Source of the DNA: an uncultured virus (IMG/VR IMGVR_UViG_3300011867_000002)
Taxonomy: Duplodnaviria; Heunggongvirae; Uroviricota; Caudoviricetes
Direction: 5' to 3' (one strand)
DNA: 64,000 nucleotides
Virus record (IMG/VR): IMGVR_UViG_3300011867_000002
Span: 124,001-188,000 of that record
Numbering within the stretch: the first letter of the stretch is position 1; every line of letters starts with the position of its first letter. Below are positions 58,828-64,000 of the stretch, piece after piece. Below the pieces are notes generated by a model, which was given only the letters and a program-made list of their open reading frames with translations, was not told where the DNA came from and searched no databases. The translations under genes and the position numbers were made by a program.

Positions 58828-59529
58828 ATGGCCACACCTACCGTCCCATCTTACCCTTTTGACCCGACCGGATTAAAACTGAGCAACAAGATCACGGGTG
58901 AGCAACACATCCTGACAATTGCCAATCCACGGGATAATTACTTCATCATCCCTGACGTTCCACCGTACTTCGAAGACGGACTGAGCATCGTGTTCAAGGA
59001 CTCGGTGACAGGCAACTCGCGTACGCTATCCAAGAACGTCGATTACTATTGTTCGCACCCATTCCTCGAAGCGTCGTACAGTGCGGCCAAGCCGATCTTC
59101 GGTTCGATCACCTTCCTCAACACTTCCCTTGCCGGGATTGTGACGCTCGCATACAACACGATCGGTGGCAAGTGGGTGCCCAACAATGCCCAGATCGCCG
59201 AAGCACTGGCAGACCGGATCAACAACCCACGGGTCACCTCGTGGGAGAGCGTCATCAACATGCCGGACAGTTTCCCGGTGATCGCCCACGAGTACAACCT
59301 GAAAGACCTCAAGGGTCTGGATGATCTGGTGGCATCGGTGAACAAGCTGACCGAAGCGGTGATCGCCAATAGCGGCCTGGGTGTGGCAACGCACCGTGCT
59401 GACATGGCCAATCCCCACGGCACCACAGCAGCGCAAGTCGGTGCCTACACCAAAGCGGAAACCGTCAGCAAGATCAACGAAATTGTGAACGCGGCAATCG
59501 CGGCCCACGTGGCCGGCTACCACAACTGA
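58828..59529 (+). CDS. Baseplate/tail protein, YPxDPTG family paralogue 1
   Basis: YPFDPTG..SNKITGEQH N-terminus, NPHGTTAAQVG fibre motif, GGAGG RBS. Confidence 0.75.
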   Translation: MATPTVPSYPFDPTGLKLSNKITGEQHILTIANPRDNYFIIPDVPPYFEDGLSIVFKDSVTGNSRTLSKNVDYYCSHPFLEASYSAAKPIFGSITFLNTSLAGIVTLAYNTIGGKWVPNNAQIAEALADRINNPRVTSWESVINMPDSFPVIAHEYNLKDLKGLDDLVASVNKLTEAVIANSGLGVATHRADMANPHGTTAAQVGAYTKAETVSKINEIVNAAIAAHVAGYHN

Positions 59530-59610
59530 TTTTTCTACCAGTAACGTGGCTAGACCAGCTACGTTACTGGTTATATTTCGAAAACACATCATCAAGAATT
59601 GGAGCGCAGC

Positions 59611-60612
59611 ATGTCCCGTTATCTGCACCGTTACGGTATTGACCCCACGGGCGTCAACCGCAGTAATCTGGTTCAAAACGAAGTTCGCACCTTGGTCCGC
59701 AAAGACCGGCGGGCGCTGGTACCGAAATATGGTGCCTTTTTCTCTGAGTCGCTGAAGGTCCGCGACAAAGCCACCAATCAAGTCCTGAAAGTAGGTACCC
59801 ACTACACAGTGAGTCGCCTGTACGACGAACCAACGGCGGAGTTCGGTAAGGAAATCTACGGCCTGATCGTGATCATTGATCCACGTGTTTCGGACACGGT
59901 AGTGATCGAGTACCAAGCAGTGGGTGGCAAGTATGAGGACAGCCTGCCCATTATTCTTGAACTCATCAGTGCGGTCAAAAACGACCACCGTGGTGCCCTC
60001 TATGGTAGCGTATCGGGCAAACCATCCGGGTTCAAGCCGGTACGCCACCTGCATGACATCGGCGATATCTACGGCTTCGAGCCGCTGGTGCATAGCATCG
60101 AACGCACCCGGATGGCCATGGAACTGTCTGGTGCACTTGACCACGACCATTACTACACTTACCTCGACCGTCTTTTGTTGTCGATGGCCAATCTGGGAAG
60201 TCTGCTTGCGTCAGAAGTCATTAACAACCACGCAGTTGACATCACTGCCCATGCGCCGTACATCCTGCGTACCCGCGCCGAGGCATCGGCCATCATCGTG
60301 CGTCGTCCGACGATTGTGAAACCAGTCAACAACGCGACCAAGGTGGCACGTAACCCGGTGTTTGAATTGAGCCCATATCTGTGCATGTACCGCAACCCAC
60401 AGCGCTCGATGCAAGTGCAAGTGAGTCGCCGTGCAGACTTTAGCGTTGCACTGGATGTGAATGCCAGTTTGCCGGGGCCATTTAGCACCTACCAGTATCC
60501 GAGCACGTTGCTTGCCAATACGGGTTACTATTGGCGCGCACGGTATCAGGCAGACGATTCCAGTTTTTCTGACTGGAGCCCCGTGGGTTACTTCACCACC
60601 GGTCTTAGCTAA
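59611..60612 (+). CDS. Baseplate/tail protein paralogue 2 with C-terminal FN3-like domain
   Basis: YGIDPTG..NLVQNE, YGAFF.ES, HLHDIGDIYG, YYWRARY...SDWS...FTT. Confidence 0.75.
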   Translation: MSRYLHRYGIDPTGVNRSNLVQNEVRTLVRKDRRALVPKYGAFFSESLKVRDKATNQVLKVGTHYTVSRLYDEPTAEFGKEIYGLIVIIDPRVSDTVVIEYQAVGGKYEDSLPIILELISAVKNDHRGALYGSVSGKPSGFKPVRHLHDIGDIYGFEPLVHSIERTRMAMELSGALDHDHYYTYLDRLLLSMANLGSLLASEVINNHAVDITAHAPYILRTRAEASAIIVRRPTIVKPVNNATKVARNPVFELSPYLCMYRNPQRSMQVQVSRRADFSVALDVNASLPGPFSTYQYPSTLLANTGYYWRARYQADDSSFSDWSPVGYFTTGLS

Positions 60613-60624
60613 CAAGGAGTTACG

Positions 60625-61611
60625 ATGGCTTTGAATCAATACCCACTTGACCCAACGGGTGTGAGTGTGAACAACTTGGTCCGTGGCGAAACCGTGACGG
60701 TACCGACCACCGGACTGCGTGTGCTGTGCCTGCGCTTTGGTGCGTTTTTCGCTGCCAGTCTGAAAATCAAGGATGTGGCCAGCAATACGCTGCTGCGACC
60801 TGACCAGTTCCACGCTGCGTACCGTTACAAGGTACCGACGTCCATCTTCAAAAAGGACGTGTGCGGTCTGATCGTGATCGACGACCCTGGTGTTGGCGAT
60901 ACCCTCCAGATTGACTACCAAGTCGTGGGTGGTATCTATAGCGGCACGGAAGACAGCATCGTGGCCATGCTCAAGCGCCGGGCTCCCCAGAACCGTCCAG
61001 CGATGTGGCGGCCACTCTTGGGTCGCCTGCCATCGGTGACCCTGAAAGACTTCACCGACGACAAGTACGGTTTCGCTCGGATGGAAAACGCCTTGAACGA
61101 TGTGGCTCGGTTGATGGTCAACGGCAACGCGGAAACGCAAGACGCCCTCTACAATTACACCGATACCCGGACGGCGCCATACACCAATAACGCGTCACCT
61201 GACTTCGCGGCCGAACTGAGTGCACACATTGCCAAGGCAGACCCGCATCCGTATTACCTGCGCAAGAACGAACTGGCCACTACGCTACCCAAAGTCTTTG
61301 CGGCAGTGCGCCGTCCTAAGAACTTCTTGCCTAGCGACCGGGCTACGGGGGTTGCACTAAAGCCTGCTCTGGAAGGTTCGGCCTACCGTGCCCTGTATGG
61401 TGTCCCCCAAGGAAAGATGCAGGTGCAGGTGGCCACCGATGGTCTCTTTGCCAAACTCGTCTTGGATCAAACCACGACAGGTGTCAGTGTCAAGTACACC
61501 TTGCCCGTGGCACTCACGGCGAAGACTAAGTACTTCTGGCGAGTACGCTACCAAAACACAGAAGCACAGTGGTCTGAGTGGTCTTATACGACCAGCTTCA
61601 CCACCGTGTAA
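60625..61611 (+). CDS. Baseplate/tail protein paralogue 3 with C-terminal FN3-like domain
   Basis: YPLDPTG..NLVRGE, DPHPYY, YFWRVRY...SEWS...FTT. AAGGAG RBS. Confidence 0.75.
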   Translation: MALNQYPLDPTGVSVNNLVRGETVTVPTTGLRVLCLRFGAFFAASLKIKDVASNTLLRPDQFHAAYRYKVPTSIFKKDVCGLIVIDDPGVGDTLQIDYQVVGGIYSGTEDSIVAMLKRRAPQNRPAMWRPLLGRLPSVTLKDFTDDKYGFARMENALNDVARLMVNGNAETQDALYNYTDTRTAPYTNNASPDFAAELSAHIAKADPHPYYLRKNELATTLPKVFAAVRRPKNFLPSDRATGVALKPALEGSAYRALYGVPQGKMQVQVATDGLFAKLVLDQTTTGVSVKYTLPVALTAKTKYFWRVRYQNTEAQWSEWSYTTSFTTV

Positions 61612-61625
61612 ACCAAGGAGCTAAC

Positions 61626-64000
61626 ATGGCTGATATTTATCTTCCGTTAGACACCACTGGCAAAGCAATCGGCAACCGAGTCGTGGACGAAAGTCACACC
61701 TTGGTCAACCGTGCTGTTCGGATGGCTGTCACGGAGTATGGTGCCTTCTACGCGGAGTCCCTCGCCGTCAAAGACCGCGCTACAGGAAAATTCCTGACCA
61801 AGAAACAATTTCGTGCCAGTGAAATGCTGGTGGAGGAAACGGCTCAGTACGGTCGGCGTATCTGTACCGTGGTGTTGGTGACCGATCCCACGGTCAGTAA
61901 CGATATTCTCGTAACGTACCAGGCGTTGGGCGACTGGAATAACTATTCCAAGAGCCAACTCAATATCGAGTTGATGAAACTCGGTACCGGCAGCGAAGGC
62001 ATCGACTGGAACGACTTGGTCGATAAGCCGTCGAGTTTCCCGCCAGCTGCGCACTTGCACCATGCCTCAGAAGTTTATGGTGCCGAGTATTTGGACGACG
62101 CCCTGATGCGTGTTCGCAATGCCGCCACCATGGGCGATACCTTGACGCGTGAGCGACTGGTCGAGTACATCCGGACGAAAGTCATGGAGGCAGTGGACAA
62201 AGTCGACTCCACCACCACGGCGTTGCTCGCTGAACACAAAGAGCACGCCGACCCGCATACCCAGTACGCCAAGTTGTCAGACTTTGTGTACGCGTTGCCT
62301 GCTGTGCGCAAACCACAAGCGATCACGCCAGCTAACAACGCGAAAAAGGTCTTGCTGGAAACGGTACTGAAAGGCTCGACGTATTACAGCCTGTATGGCA
62401 TTGCGCAAAAAGCGGCGCAGTTCCACGTCTCGACCAAAGCGGACTTCACCAACATCACCTTGCTTGAAACGGTGCTGGGCGAAACCCAGCAATACCAGCA
62501 AGAAGGGTTACTGCCCGGCTCGAAGACCTTGTACTGGCGGGTGCGATACCAAGACATGGACGACGTCTGGTCTGAATGGTCGGACACCAGCCAATTCGAA
62601 ACGGTGCCGGACTATCCCGCCAAGGGCACCATCCTCAGTAAGTACTGCGTGGGTGTGGAACAATGGGGCAAGATCGCCGATGGCCGTAATGGCTCAACCG
62701 ATCAACTGCTGGACCCCAAGAGTCTTGATTGCGGTTACATTCCGCCTAAGCCACCCGGTACCGTGCTGGCAGAATTCTGTAAGGGTGTTGATAAGTGGCG
62801 CACTTACGCGGATGGCAACTACGGTAGTTACGATGCGCTGTACCAAAAGAACAGCCTCGATTGCGGCTATGTTCCGCCACCACCTGAAGGTACGGTACTG
62901 AAAGAGTACTGCAAAGGTTTCGACCTGATGCGTGACATCGCCAATGGCACTGGTGGTTACAGTACCGTGGTGTACAAAGCCAACAGCACGACTTGCGGCT
63001 ATGTTCCTCCACCAGCAGAGGGTACTGAACTGCGTCGTTACTGCGATAGCTTTACCTTGCATGTGGTGTTGGCTGACGGCAAAGGCGGTGAGCGCGATAC
63101 CATCAAAGAGTACAACAGCAAGGAGTGCGGTTACGTCCCACCGCCAGCCGCCGGTACGATCTTGGCAACGTATTGCAAAGGCTTCGACAAGTACCAACGC
63201 ATTGCGAATGGCGACGGCACTGACCGTGAACAACTGGTCGAACAAAACAGTTCCTTCTGCGGGTACATTCCACCACCACCACCAGCTGCCGGTACCATCC
63301 TGGGTTACCAGTGTATTGGCTTTGATAAGTACAACAAAGTCGCGGACGGCAAGGGTAGTTATACCTTGGAATTGGCACAAAGAAATGCACAAGTGTGCGG
63401 TTACTCGCCACCACCTGCTGGTACGGTGCTCGCTGAGTTCTGCGTAGGCGTTGACCTGTGGCGCAAGTATGCTGACGGCAACGACGGTTCGTACGACAGG
63501 CTGTACCAAGCCAAGAGTGGAACATGCGGTTACATTGCGCCCACGCTGGGCAAAACAACGTGGGAAGCGGCACAAGACTTCGTGGTTACCCATAAAGCCG
63601 ACGGTTCGATCGGTCCACATCTAAATGAGATGGTGGTCAACAACAACGACGGCTCTGTGGCCTGGGCTTCGACCGAGTGGAATGTGTACAACTCAAGCGG
63701 TCAGTTGATCCAAAGTGGTTTTAACAACGATTCTAGTTTCTCGAAGAAAAATATCGCTTGGATTAATTTCAACGATTTCCCGAACAAGCAAAGTTACACG
63801 GTCTATGCGCGCCACGGTAGCAATATTCTCGGCTGGGCGCCTTGGTCGGATGCTTGGCGGTTTAGCTTGAACTGGGAAGAGTTTACTCCAGAAGGCACGG
63901 TGGTCGGCCAAAGGTGTATTGGTTACGACAAGTACGATGTCGTGGCTGATGGTCGCGGCGGTACCTTTGATCGTCTGGTGGAGCGTAACGCAGCGTACTG
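61626..64000 (+). CDS. Large tail/fibre protein paralogue 4 with FN3-like domains and Cys repeats (truncated by window end)
   Basis: Read manually: AAGGAG RBS, MADIYLPLDTTG..., DPHTQY, LYWRVRY..WSEWS, then tandem repeats. Frame open to 64000. Confidence 0.85.
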   Translation, partial: MADIYLPLDTTGKAIGNRVVDESHTLVNRAVRMAVTEYGAFYAESLAVKDRATGKFLTKKQFRASEMLVEETAQYGRRICTVVLVTDPTVSNDILVTYQALGDWNNYSKSQLNIELMKLGTGSEGIDWNDLVDKPSSFPPAAHLHHASEVYGAEYLDDALMRVRNAATMGDTLTRERLVEYIRTKVMEAVDKVDSTTTALLAEHKEHADPHTQYAKLSDFVYALPAVRKPQAITPANNAKKVLLETVLKGSTYYSLYGIAQKAAQFHVSTKADFTNITLLETVLGETQQYQQEGLLPGSKTLYWRVRYQDMDDVWSEWSDTSQFETVPDYPAKGTILSKYCVGVEQWGKIADGRNGSTDQLLDPKSLDCGYIPPKPPGTVLAEFCKGVDKWRTYADGNYGSYDALYQKNSLDCGYVPPPPEGTVLKEYCKGFDLMRDIANGTGGYSTVVYKANSTTCGYVPPPAEGTELRRYCDSFTLHVVLADGKGGERDTIKEYNSKECGYVPPPAAGTILATYCKGFDKYQRIANGDGTDREQLVEQNSSFCGYIPPPPPAAGTILGYQCIGFDKYNKVADGKGSYTLELAQRNAQVCGYSPPPAGTVLAEFCVGVDLWRKYADGNDGSYDRLYQAKSGTCGYIAPTLGKTTWEAAQDFVVTHKADGSIGPHLNEMVVNNNDGSVAWASTEWNVYNSSGQLIQSGFNNDSSFSKKNIAWINFNDFPNKQSYTVYARHGSNILGWAPWSDAWRFSLNWEEFTPEGTVVGQRCIGYDKYDVVADGRGGTFDRLVERNAAY
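62625..63533 (+). repeat. Seven tandem ~132-bp (44-aa) two-cysteine repeats
   Basis: Units start at 62625, 62757, 62889, 63021, 63153, 63291, 63420. Consensus GT(I/V)LxxYCxGxD...A(D/N)G...NSxxCGYxPPP. An eighth unit starts at 63894. Confidence 0.9.

Noticed and set aside
62625..63533. CRISPR array or DGR template/variable repeat
   Set aside because: The repeats are in-frame protein repeats diverged at all bases, not identical DNA repeats with spacers or adenine-specific variants. No reverse transcriptase or cas gene is in the window.
1..64000. Alternative genetic code, tRNA or rRNA genes
   Set aside because: Core genes are full length in the standard code and end in TAA, TAG or TGA. No cloverleaf or rRNA-like segment was recognised in the short intergenic gaps.

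Overview
This window is part of a phiKZ-related (nucleus-forming, Chimalliviridae-type) jumbo myophage genome. It carries the conserved morphogenesis and virion-RNA-polymerase blocks. These include terminase large subunit (with an HNH homing endonuclease directly upstream), baseplate proteins, tail sheath and tube, prohead protease, three parts of the split virion RNA polymerase (beta N-part, beta C-part, beta-prime N-part with DFDGD), a 2261-aa tail transglycosylase, RecA/UvsX, RNase H, SbcC, a tail spike and a paralogous tail/baseplate array that runs off the right end. phiKZ gp-number equivalences come from remembered motifs and gene order, not from a search. The most notable observations are: (1) the terminase appears to lack an AUG and to start at ATC/ATT behind a ribosome-binding site duplicated on both sides of the HNH gene; (2) about 13 intergenic hairpins carry a conserved TTATGCCG/CGGCATAA flank that even shapes the last codons of genes; (3) a fixed-spacing bipartite promoter motif (A-rich TACG-N14-TGYA); (4) a 725-bp palindrome-rich non-coding region; (5) a tail protein built of 44-aa two-cysteine repeats; (6) small accessory proteins that look like NAD/ADP-ribose or nucleotide-signal counter-defence factors. 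No tRNA, rRNA or CRISPR array was seen.
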